Source: Eledone cirrhosa (Eukaryota). Taken from it: DNA of 64,000 bases. The notes under the pieces were generated by a model, which was given only the letters and a program-made list of their open reading frames with translations, was not told the origin of the DNA and made no database searches. The translations under genes and the position numbers were made by a program. The stretch covers positions 21,204,001 to 21,268,000 of the forward strand of contig OZ024750.1 of NCBI GenBank assembly GCA_964016885.1. Direction: 5' to 3'. Positions 1-12,314 of this stretch are shown piece by piece. Each line of letters begins with the position of its first letter. Position 1 is the stretch's first letter.

Positions 1-701
1 AAATAACATAAATAACTGAGACTCAAAGAATAATAATAATCATTTTAATAGTAGCAATCATTGTAATAATAGTAATAATCGTATCAAGATGTTCTTGCAT
101 TGGCAAAGGTCCTATAAATCCTAATGGTAATGACGAATATTTAGGCATAATTTCACCACTAGTTCAAAAATGGGAACGAAAAAATCAATCATTCAGCCAA
201 AGGAATATCATCGCATAATATCCTCCGGCTGCTATTTTAAACTTCCTTAACACCTTTGATACCAACTCAGTTAAAGTTTGCCCTGATTCTGTGGGATAAA
301 GTCCAAACGTTAATCTTCTCCTATTTAAATTAGATTACCATGACATAATTCCATATAATACTATATGTTAAATGACAAACTTAGTGATGAAGTAATTATA
401 ATTGTGGTACATCACTTAAACTTCTTCCTTAATTGAAATAATGTGTCGTTTCGTTTACATATATATATATATATATATATATGGAATCTGGTCCCTTACT
501 ATTTGAACACATATCTGTGTTTATCTCTCTTTATTATACTGAATTATATTACACGGCCCTGAAGAATTTTTTTCATTGAGCTGTTTAATTGTAAGAGACT
601 ATTTTGAGTTTCTAACACAATATATACTTTATATATATACTTTATATATATATATATATATATGTATATGTATCCCCTGACAATATGCATATATATCCCC
701 T

Positions 702-747
<46 letters not shown>

Positions 748-750
<3 letters not shown>

Positions 751-835
751 CGAAGGAAATGTGGTAAGGAACCAGGTGGACCATAACGCACCAAAGTACT
801 CAATACTTAGGGTAGTAGAGTAGGTCCTACTCGTT

Positions 836-840
<5 letters not shown>
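748..840 (-). mobile_element. Truncated copy of the microsatellite-embedded inverted-repeat element (family P1)
   Basis: TAACGAAGGAAATGTGGTAAGGAACCAGGTGGACCATAACGCACCAAAGTACTCAATAC recurs at 18596 and 30682. It ends in an inverted piece (GTCCTACTCGTTCCTAT) and has (TA)n on both sides. Confidence 0.75.
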
Positions 841-874
<34 letters not shown>

Positions 875-936
875 TTATTTATTAAAATAACCGAGTCGTC
901 TTTGGATTTTAGTCTTCAAATTTATTATTATTACTA

Positions 937-1032
<96 letters not shown>

Positions 1033-2532
1033 ATATATATATATATATATATGCGCGTGTGTTTGTGTGTGTGCGACAAGTAAACGGAAAACAACACACT
1101 ACAATGAAGATAAGATATATATTAGTTTAACGGTTGATATAGGAGTAAAAATAACTCAACATTCTGGACGGTAGTCTTACAACAGAAGGTGGAATGAAAT
1201 ATAAAAGACGAAATTGAAAGATGGAGGACAGTGAGAAGAAGGAAAACCTGAGAAATTTCTTTGAAGAAAAAGCATATATATACATATACATTATACGTGT
1301 TTCTTTTGTGTGTTTGTGTGTGTATGTGTGTATGTGCGTGCGTGTGTGTATGTGTGTGTGTGTGTGCGCGCGTGTGTGTATGTGTGTGTGTGTGTATGTG
1401 TGTGTGTGTGCGTGTGCTCGCACACAAACCATAGAGGATAACAATTTTGTTGTTTCCTTTCGTCACTTTTCTGTTTCACATTGCATTGCTGGAAAAGAAT
1501 AATTCTGGCAGTTTTTGATATTTTTGGTTTGTTGTGTTATTCTTGCGCATACAAAAAAAACTACTTATTTTCGTTCTCTACATCTGATATTCATTTTGCG
1601 TTTAACTTCAAACAAACACTGAAATAATTTAATGACACGAAAATAAAATATCAAAACTAGATGCAGATCAAACGGAATAGCTCACTGTACCAAATTACTG
1701 AACGAAAATATTAATGCCTTTAATTAGGTTATGAAAACGTGTGACCAGATCTGATGCAAATATCATTTGTATGTATTATTTATGAAAGGCGGCGAATTAG
1801 AAGAGTCTTTAGAACGTCGGATAGATTTCTTTTTGCGGTGTATTATCCGATTCTGTACGCTATGAGTTCAAATCACACCGGGACCACCTGTAACTTTCAT
1901 AATTTCTGGGTCGATACATTACTAGTTCAAACATAGCTCCATTCCCCCTCCTTACTGTCTTTACAAGTTCCCTCTTTCTATTTGTCTGGATGATATCGAC
2001 TGTGTTCTAAACTGAAGTGCTAAAATCTCCGCCAATTTCTAAATTACCAAGACTCCACAAGGACTGCTGTTTTTTTTCTTATTTTTCCCTCATATAAATC
2101 TCAAAATCTTCAATTGTTGGTATCATGAGTATATTTATGCGTCAAAGATTGATAAAGGAGATAGACAGCTTCCGTCTTACCAGAAAAGATTCTTCTCTTA
2201 ATATATTTCGTAGTGTATTCCTTGCAAAATGATTAAGTAATATATGGTAAAGTGCATTGCTCCGCTTTTATAATGGTTATCTGACCCTGTGTAAATATCC
2301 CTGTTTAATTAGAAATACTTACCAAATAATAAATATCAGTATAACATTTTAAACGTATATATATATATATATATAATGTAGGAGGTGAGTTTTATTGTAG
2401 CACAATAAAGCAATGCAAATATCAGATAAGTAGTACTCTACAGTTTGTATACATAGATCAAAAGATGGATAAAATACTTGGAACTCTTTTAACCATCTTT
2501 TGATCTTATATTATATATATATATATATATAT

Positions 2533-2670
2533 ACCTGGAGTTGCGACCGAGAGATAATATTGGCAATTGGAAAGATCAATATAAACATTGTTTCCTCGGT
2601 CCGATTTGACGAGTTCCACCACACTCGTTTAGCGTATGAGGTCTGGGATCTTGTTCATCGACTATCGATC
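2533..2670 (+). mobile_element. 5'-truncated family B SINE (tail only)
   Basis: ACCTGGAGTTGCGACCGA...AACATTGTTTCCTCGGTCCGATTTGAC matches the tails at 5140-5229 and 51218-51314. A more decayed copy lies at about 4021-4175. Confidence 0.75.
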
Positions 2671-3340
2671 GATATATATATCATCCCCAATTAAAAAGAA
2701 ATATCGCTATCAGCCCCGTATCTCGTACGCATACACACATATACTCTCACTCTATCAAACAGATATGCATACACCACTTTGCTGCCACTTTCTTTCCAGC
2801 ATCGTCGCAATTTTGCACTAAATATACAACAGTATTATATAAGTAATATATATGACATCAGAATACGCAGAAATATAATATATGTTAACACCTACACACC
2901 GGGTGAGCTTTTCGACACCATGAACATTATAATATATCATAAGATGAAAGTTAGTCGATGTATTTGCGGTTTCCTCTGATAATATACCGGCAAAATTGTA
3001 GGTTCAAAGAAATATAACGGACAATGACTCATCAAACAATATTATTTTTACTATTTATTTAATATTCTATTGATCTGTCATTGAACAAATACACGATATA
3101 CTGAATTGCGACATCTGACAGTCAATCAATTCGATAAAAATCGCTGTAAGTCAAGTATTATTGTGTTACGTATAGCTAAAAGACTGTGACTTGACACTGC
3201 TGAATCATTAGACCATACGATAAAATGTTGTGTGTTATTCAGCCCTTCTTCACTCTACTGTCCATCGTTTCGAAGTCAATTAATGAAGAATATAGACAGT
3301 GAGGTAGTTTGGTGAATTGATACGATTGCAGTATTAATAA

Positions 3341-3992
3341 AATAATTGTTTCGACATTGGGGACAAGGCCAGCAATTATCCCAGTGCAATACTGGTACTT
3401 TATTTTATCGACCCCATAAGGAGGAAAAGCCAAGTTCAGCTCGGTGAGATTTGGAGCTAGACAGTAAAGGGCATTAACACTAATAAAATATTTGTTTATA
3501 CTTTTGTCACAAGGCAAGCAATTATCCCAGTGCATTACTGGTACTTTATTTTATCGAGCCCGTAAGGGTAAAAGGCAAAGTTCACCTCGGCGGTGTGAAA
3601 CGTTAATGGATGAAACTCTATGCTGCAAACATGGCGTTCGATCCTCCACCGATACTGCCAATCCATATCCTTACCTCTATTAAAATAATTGTTTCTACTT
3701 TTGGCACAAGGCTAGAAATTATACCTGTGCATTAATGGTACTGACCCCGTAAGAATGAAAAGCAAAGTCTTGCTCTGCGGGATTTGAAGCCACACATTAA
3801 AGGGACGTAACTCTATACTGCAAAGCATGGCGTCCGAAACTCCACGGATATTTCCAATCCACCACCCAAACACTAATAAAATAATTGTTTCTACTTTTGG
3901 CACAAGGCCAGCAATTATCCCAGTACATTACTGGTACTTTATTTTATCGACCCCGTAAGGATGAAAGGCAAAGTTAACCTCGGCGGGATTTG
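3341..3992 (-). mobile_element. Head-to-tail array of four family A SINEs (tRNA head plus Nin/Deu-type domain)
   Basis: Four units begin ATAATTGTTTCTACTTTTGGCACAAGG-like and contain TGGTACTTTATTTTATCGACCCCGTAAGGATGAAAGGCAAAGTT, the reverse complement of the GCCTTTCATCC...GGTCGATAAAAT.AGTACCAG motif typical of Nin/Deu-domain SINEs. Confidence 0.85.
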
Positions 3993-4739
3993 TTTGGCAT
4001 GTGCTTATTATATCAATACACTTTATTTCACCTTGCTCTTTCTGTCAGGATTTGCGAACGATAGATAGTATCAGCATTGGAAAAAACATAGGAAATATTG
4101 TTTCTTTAGTCCGATTTAATGAGTTCCGCACCACTTGGAAAGTGAATGAGGACTGGGTTCTTGTCTAACGATTTCGTACTCGCCCACTTCCTCGGAAACG
4201 ATTGAATTCTGTTTCACATCCATAAGTAATATATGTTTGCGCCGATTCTGCATAGGATAGATATGTTGCTATTGTTTCCGCTTTAATATTTTGGTCTATA
4301 TAATGCGCTTCATTGAGATGTTTGTCTACCTTATGTATATACTGAGCCACGATATTTCACTGTTAATGCAGTAAACGTTGCACATGGAACAGGAGAATGC
4401 CAAAATATACAGACGGATAATTTAATAAGTTCCAGATATATTGTTATTGGTGTTGATTTACTTCAATGCCAATGCTATTGTCAAGCCTATGTAACTAAAG
4501 CATCCGATATAACCATCATCACTTCAAATAGATTACGAGACCATACTGAACATTTTGATCGGGAAAATGAAACTTTTACTTCTTCAAATTGGAGACGAAA
4601 ATCTCATAAAATATGCAGCGAAACAATGTAGTATAAAAGATGAAACAAATCCCACCTGATTCTCACTCTATCATATCATTTAGACACCCACAAATATATA
4701 TAAATGTATACACATATACACGCACTTACACATTATACG

Positions 4740-4852
4740 TATTTATATATATACATATATATATATATACATATATATAAATGCATATATATGTGCATAT
4801 ACATATATATAAATGCATATACATATATATATACCTATATATATATGCATAT

Positions 4853-4889
<37 letters not shown>

Positions 4890-5274
4890 TATATATATGT
4901 ATATGCACATATATATATGCATTTATATATATGTGTATATATATATATGTGTATATATATAAATACGTATATATATGTGTATATATATATATAAATTCGT
5001 ATATATATGCATATAGTGAAGGCGTGTGGCTGAGTGATTAGAGAACTGGATTCACAATCTTGAGGTTGTGAGTTCGATTCCTGGACCAGGTGATGCGTTA
5101 TGTCCTTGAGCAAGACACTTTATTTCACGTTGCTCCTTCTACATGCAGTTGCGACCGATAGATAGTACCAGCAACTGGAAAGACCGACGGGAACATTGTT
5201 TCCTCGGTCCGATTTGATGAAAGTCGATGGGTATATATGCATATACATATATATATATGCATATACATATATAT

Positions 5275-5310
<36 letters not shown>

Positions 5311-5347
5311 AACATATATATATACATATATGCATATACATATATAT

Positions 5348-5383
<36 letters not shown>

Positions 5384-5446
5384 AACATATATATATACAT
5401 ATATACATATATATATATATAAACATATATAAATATCTGTATACAC

Positions 5447-5495
<49 letters not shown>

Positions 5496-5582
5496 TACAT
5501 ACACATGTATATATATATACATATATATATATATACAAAACATATATATATACATATATACACATATATATATATATATATA

Positions 5583-5626
<44 letters not shown>

Positions 5627-5730
5627 CATATATATGCACACACATACACATATACACACATATATATATACATATATATATATATATATGCACACACGCG
5701 CACACATATATATATGCATATATATATATG

Positions 5731-5812
<82 letters not shown>

Positions 5813-5850
5813 TATATATATAAATATAATATGTATACATATATAAATAT
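4740..5850. repeat. Compound (TA)n/(CA)n microsatellite block containing a SINE
   Basis: Directly visible dinucleotide repeats with TGCA and TACA interruptions. Confidence 0.95.
5016..5229 (+). mobile_element. Family B SINE, full length (tRNA head, CORE-like domain)
   Basis: A-box-like TGGCTGAGTGA and B-box GAGTTCGATTCC, then TGTCCTTGAGCAAGACACTTTATTTCACG. Similar copies at 32068, 46807 (-) and 51094. Confidence 0.85.
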
Positions 5851-7178
5851 ACACGCACTTACATACCTATATAACCCACATTGTAGAAGCCATGTTGAGA
5901 CACTTCTCATACGTCACTTAAGATATTGACGTTCCTTTTCATTTATTTATTTCCTTATTCATATATTTATATATTTATATGTTATTATATTATCAGAAAT
6001 TAGTTTTACACTCTTTTATAACACGAAATTTATTTATTTTCTCTTTAAAATAAACCATGTTGAATTTCATTATAGTTTACAGATCAAAGCAGTCCAATTA
6101 AACCTTTGTTTAATAATTTGACTCCTATTTTTATTTATGTTGTTATTATTATTTGTATTTTTGTTTTATTCTATTCTCATTAAACAATTTCATATGCAAC
6201 AGCTAAAAAGAGATTGTTTTCTTAAATTAATTTCATTTATTTATTTATTATCTTTATACTTTTATTTTTCATTTCATTACTGTTATTTTTCTTTTGTTTT
6301 GTTTTTAAATTTTTAATAATTAATTTTCATTAATCAGTCTGTCGTTCATCGACCAAACCAAGCAAGATTCAATGCTCAATAAACTCGGCTTTATTATAGT
6401 ATCTCTTGTTTTATTAAAGCATGCATCATCGGATTTCGTTAGAATGTTATGAATAACAAAGAGGAAATTTTTCGTTTACATATTCTTCACCATGGTCTTC
6501 TGTGATATTCTTATTTTTCTTCGTTTTCAATGTTTTATTCTTCCCATCCCTCCTTCATCATTCTCATGTTGTGATATAATTCTTCGATTTTTTTTTTTTT
6601 CATAATTATTATATTTGTTATAATTATTTTTACCATCATCATCTTCACTAACTTCATTGTCATTATCAATGTTATCATCATCGTTATTATGTTTATAACA
6701 TTTATCATCATCATCATTACCATTATGGGCAACATTGTTATCATATCATCATCGTCATCATTATAAAGTTTATCATCATAATTCACATTACCATTGTAAT
6801 CATCATTACTATTTTAGGTTCTGTTGTTGACATTGTTAGACATCATCGTGCTAAGATGTATTTGGAAGACCCATCCACTCAAGCATTTCATTCTCGTAGA
6901 ATTCTATTATTTAATATATCGGGGATAGAGGAGGGATGTCGACATGTTAAATATTTTCCCAATTTAGAAGAATCTTATTATCTGTTTTTGAATACTGTTT
7001 CTGTAAATGAAGGAATAAATTCCAACATGGCTATAATAGAGACGAACACATTGTTACAGTTGTATTAATGTTTTCTTTTACAACTCCTTTCAGTTGAATC
7101 GCTAAGTAAAATGGAATAAACATAGACTCGGGCATTAACACACACACACACGCACAGGCACACGCACACGCACACACA

Positions 7179-7229
<51 letters not shown>

Positions 7230-7629
7230 ATAATGATAAATTTGAAGACTAACTTGCATAAGGTCACTCGCAATGGGTATTAACTCGAAATGTATTTGTG
7301 TCTAGGGAACCTTCCTTTTAACCAACCAGCCCTTCATCTCCCTTAGACAGACATACTACCCCTCTTACAGTACATCGACCAATCACCATTTTTACAGCTC
7401 GATTAATTGTCACCTGAATCAGTAGCCTCTAAACACGATACACTTGCTGTATGGAGAATATTAGGACGAGATGATACCTGCAGCTAAATATATCTACCAT
7501 ATGGGCATGCACGATGCCTGGTCTAGCTGTACACACATACTAACATTTTGTGTGTAACAATGGGCTATACAACCCTCCACTACAGTACTTAATGTAACAT
7601 TTACGCATATATGTCTTGGATTATAATAC

Positions 7630-7708
<79 letters not shown>

Positions 7709-8432
7709 AATGTAAGTCCAAAGATATATTCCGCTATATATATATTCATTTTATATATACAGGTACATATATGTGGGCACGCGCGGGTTGCCTAAGTGTG
7801 GGCGTGTGTGTCCCTGAGTGTGCGTATCTTTTCTTAAAGGTAAATTACACTCTTACAGATATCTCTATATACAACACCCATTGACACTAACGCACCCTTA
7901 CCCTAACTTACACCACAGAGAAGTACAACAATCAACTTGAAGTCTAAATTTAGCGCCAGCATTTGAATATCAAAGCTGCCCCCCACACCCACACCCACCA
8001 CACTGAGCTGTAAAAATGAAAAGAAAAAAAATAAATAATTGTATCAGCCTAATTCTTGTCCCATGAAAATCGAAGGGATTGACTTTACTTAGGAATTTAA
8101 CACCTTAGTCCAGCGACATATCCCAGGCAAATAAAACCATAGAACTGTACCTCCAAATCATGGTTACCTCCAGCCACCGTTCTATACATCATATGCTCGC
8201 TAGTAGCCGGACTGCTATCATGCGGTTCCAAACTATCACGAGCATATCAACAAAACATATTACACCATAATACTGTTCTGATGAAAAAACATCAAATGAT
8301 TAGTATGCAATCATTTTCATGTCTTTGAAATACACATAAAGGAATTATATAATAAACAGTTGATGTATAAATAAAAATCGCCTTTCCTCTTTATAATATG
8401 CATATATATATATGCACACAGAAACACACACA

Positions 8433-8483
<51 letters not shown>

Positions 8484-9144
8484 GCACGCACGCACGCACG
8501 CACGCGCACGCATATATATATATGGATATATTTGAAGCAATACATATAATATAATTAGTATGCACGTATAGATGTATGTATTCATCTATAGAGGTATGTA
8601 TGTATTTTTTCTGCATACATATATACATGAGCAAATATTTGTATGTACATCTTTATTATTTATGCTTTTCGTCCTTCCAATTATCAGGACGAGAATACTT
8701 GAGATGTGTTTTCAAAGAATCTTTTAAGAATGTTCTGTAGAAACGAAACTTTCGTTGATCAAATACTTTCAAATCAGTTTGAAAAGCCCTTCCAAGTGTA
8801 CATTAAATTGATTAAATTGATTACGTTGCATGACTTGAGATTATTTTAATATTTTCTCCATGCTTTTCACAATCGCTTGTTTGTCTAAGACACATTTTCT
8901 ATTTGATGAAAACATTACTTCAATCAATTTTAATATGGAAAAGACTATAGTCTCCTTTTTGTTATAGATTTTTACAAGATTTTTCTTTTATAATTTTCAT
9001 TCATAAATACTGTTTGACATCTACATTAGGAGAACGTTACTTAGTCTTCAATAAAATGTAAATTTTTACGTAAACAATTTTAATCTTTCCCCTGCTTATA
9101 AAATATATAGAAAGATAAGGCTGATACACATACACAAGTACATT

Positions 9145-9300
9145 AGAATGGGCCTCCATCAGTTTTGACGATGAATGTTCTAGGTTTTATATCGACGAAA
9201 CGGCATGCTCATGAAATTCATACGCAAATGGCTGTGTATTCCAGAAATACGTATAATATTTATTCTGTTCCCAGGAGAGCGATTTATCGTATATGAGACA
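9145..9300. mobile_element. Decayed interspersed repeat (family C, probably a SINE body)
   Basis: CCTCCATCAGTTTTGACGATGA...TGCTCATGAAATT.A..TGCAA.TGGCTG is shared with 26825-26975, 39400-39570, 55870-56055 and 59095-59245. Confidence 0.6.
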
Positions 9301-9478
9301 TCACTACAGTATTTGAAGTCAGGTATTCAAACGTCATTCAGGGATCAACGGTCATTTGCGTTCCTATATGTACAGGAAGGAATCAAGCACTGTTAAAAGC
9401 AGACACCATATATATGTGTAAACACGAACGCATGCACATATACACATACACACACATATATATACAGAGAGAGAGAAA

Positions 9479-9533
<55 letters not shown>

Positions 9534-9748
9534 CGTTTCTGAATTTGTTTAGCAAGATTCTTTATCTGAAATCGTGTGTTGAAACCGATATTTTTATACT
9601 TTGGGAGGGTCATGTTGCCAATAAGAAACACACGCACCAGTTGCTTCACTTCAATTTATTATATATTTATAAATTTATAAATTTACAAATCTACAAACTT
9701 ATAAATTTCTGGTTGGTTGGTTCCACAACCAGATAGTTGTTTATATAT

Positions 9749-9793
9749 AGTCATAGTCCTTTCGTCACACACTCTGTGACCTCTTCAGTGACT
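9749..9793 (-). ncRNA. Minimal type I hammerhead ribozyme motif (left arm)
   Basis: Exact reverse complement of 9923-9967. Confidence 0.75.
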
Positions 9794-9922
9794 GGGGATT
9801 CCTTTCTTTGTTTCTGTGCTTTTCCTTTTCTTCTGCCCTACGCCATTTTGTTTCTGTGTGTGAAACAAAATTGCGTAGGACAGAAGAAAAGGAAAGGCAC
9901 AGAAAGAAAGAAAGGAATCCCC

Positions 9923-9967
9923 AGTCACTGAAGAGGTCACAGAGTGTGTGACGAAAGGACTATGACT
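9923..9967 (+). ncRNA. Minimal type I hammerhead ribozyme motif (right arm)
   Basis: Stem I AGTCA/TGACT; core CTGAAGA plus an extra G; stem II GTCACA-gagtg-TGTGAC; GAAA; minimal stem III AG-GA-CT; cleavage triplet CUA, with predicted cut after 9962. Confidence 0.75.
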
Positions 9968-10125
9968 ATATATAAACAATTATCTGGTTGTGGAACCAAC
10001 CAACCAACCAGAAATTTATAAGTTTGTAGATTTGTAAATTTATAAATTTATAAATATATAATAAATTGAAGTGAAATCAACTTGTGCGTGTGTTTCTTAT
10101 TGGCCACATGACCCTCCCAAAGTAT

Positions 10126-10184
<59 letters not shown>

Positions 10185-10187
<3 letters not shown>

Positions 10188-10800
10188 AATCATGTCTTTA
10201 AAATCATCAGATAATAAAATATATACTATTTCTTCTTCTAATTAGCATAATTATCTATATAAAAAATCAATCAGAACAAGCTATAAGAATAAATGCTCTT
10301 ATGAGACATCACTACAATATTTGAAGTCAGGTGTTCAAACGTCATTCAGGGATCAACGGTCATTTGCGTTCCTACGCTATATGTACAGGAAGGAATCAAG
10401 ATATAATTGAGCTATAATTACGGTATGTGCGCATTTCTTCTAAGTATAATTTTACAACTAATTGTGTATGGTTGATGGTGTATTTAGTCAGTTTCTACAT
10501 GCTGTCGAAATGTTGGATAAATACTAGACTGGGGTCGCCGCGAACAGGTTACGTTCGGTTATTTGTCGGAGATTTCCCCATAAGAGCATTTATTCTTATA
10601 GCTTGTTCTGATTGGTTTTTTATATAGTTAATTATGCTAATTAGAAGAAGAAATAGTATATATTTTATTATCTGATGATTCTGAAGACATGATTTATGAT
10701 ATAATGCTCTGATTTTTTAATTTATTAATTCTTCATAAAGCTTAAAAGTGAACGGTTGCAACATATATATATCCATAACTTTATGTTTCTGTTAACCTTT
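10185..10800. mobile_element. Inverted-repeat element in (TA)n (family P3): ~119-bp arms plus a one-sided tail
   Basis: 10185-10303 is the reverse complement of 10579-10697. The right arm continues about 100 bp to (TA)n. Confidence 0.8.
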
Positions 10801-10801
10801 A

Positions 10802-10860
<59 letters not shown>

Positions 10861-10888
10861 ATTATTATTATTATTATTATCTATTATT

Positions 10889-11000
10889 AAAATCCCGCCG
10901 AGATTAACTTTGCCTTTCATCACTAAAGGAGTCGATAAAATAAAGTACCAGTAATGCACTGGTTAATTACTGGCCTTGTGCCAAAAGTAGAAACAATTCT
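10889..11000 (+). mobile_element. 5'-truncated family A SINE
   Basis: AAATCCCGCCGAGATTAACTTTGCCTTTCATC...GTCGATAAAATAAAGTACCAG...GTGCCAAAAGTAGAAACAATT. Another partial copy lies at about 11575-11682. Confidence 0.85.
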
Positions 11001-11046
11001 TATCTATTATTTTAGTCTTCACATTTATTCTTATTACTATATGTAT

Positions 11047-11240
11047 ATATGCGGATATATGGATATACATATATGCGGATATATGTATATATATGCGGAT
11101 ATATGTATATATATGCGGATATATGTATATATATATGCGGATATATGTATATATATGCGGATATATGTATATATATGTGGATATGTGTATATATATGTGG
11201 ATATATGTATATATATGTGGATATATGTATATATATGTTG
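11047..11240. repeat. TA-derived minisatellite with an ~18-20 bp unit (GCGGATATATGTATATATAT)
   Basis: About ten tandem units, with GCGG changing to GTGG along the array. Confidence 0.9.
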
Positions 11241-12259
11241 ATATGTATATATGTACATATATATATTTAAGGTAGCACAACATATATACTATGTATGATG
11301 ATTGTGTATCTCAGTAGAAAAGCACAATGAACATTTGTCCAGAGCATCAACATCAATAATTCAAATTAAGATATATATATGTATAATATATATAGAGAGA
11401 GAAATAGCGATATTGAGAAACACACACACACGCGCACACACACATACACACACACGCACACACGCACACACACACATACACACACACACACACATCTATA
11501 TATATTATAAAGATTTAATATAGAAATTTTCCACATGGAAGTACGTATTTTTCGTGCATATGATTTGCTTTGTGAATTACGTCCCTTTACGATCTGAGTT
11601 CAATTCTTCCCGCCGAGGTTTACTTTGCCTTTCATCCTTACGGGGTCGATAAAATAAAGTACCAGTAAGTAGAAACAATTATTTGCGTTGTGAAGTGTGT
11701 GTGTATGCATATAGTTGCGTTTACTTATGTAAACGTATATATATATATCAAGATTTAATATAGTTACCATGCTTCCTTCCTTTTCGTCTTTCCTTTGCCT
11801 CTCTTCATTTATCTATCAATCCACCTTGGACTCCTCTGTTAATCTTACATCATTTATACATTCCTGGCAAACAATGTTTATATTTATGACTTACGAATTG
11901 AAGAGAGGTGGAAGAGAATTAGAACCTAAATTTGATTCGTTCTTTGACGTGTATATTATGGCTGGCGTTTTGCCATTTAACCGTTCAATAATGAACAAAC
12001 ATAATTTACTAATCCTCGTTGCTAAACGCCAATAATTCTGTTCAGCTTCTGTTGTTGCCTCTTTGGTTATACCATAGTAATGTAGACCCCTTTAAGAACA
12101 GGTAGAGTAAATGAGATGTCTATGAAGTATTCCGAATTCAAAATCAATTAGTGACAAGATGATAGTCGTTGAAATATTTATTTTAAATATTATCCGGAAA
12201 GAAATACTCAGTAGTTTCTACTGTTTATATTTCTGTATTTTTAAATAAATATATATATA

Positions 12260-12314
<55 letters not shown>

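Larger units (their letters stand above)
9530..10127. mobile_element. Large palindromic element in (TA)n (family P2): ~260-bp arms, 7-nt loop
   Basis: 9594-9854 is the near-exact reverse complement of 9862-10127, with loop TGTGTGT at 9855-9861. The left arm has an unpaired ~65-bp extension that resembles 47890-47960. Confidence 0.9.

Noticed and set aside
482-627. TA-embedded island with CCCTGAAGA at 557-565 as a hammerhead
   Set aside because: No stem II, GAAA or cleavage triplet could be placed. It may be a decayed element but is not supportable.
6580-6850. M/I/D-rich ORF, and a similar region at 37080-37345
   Set aside because: It is a degenerate (CAT/GAT)n trinucleotide repeat.
9737-9979. 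Two mirror-image 64-aa ORFs
   Set aside because: They are a by-product of the palindrome, with non-ATG starts and no recognisable domain.
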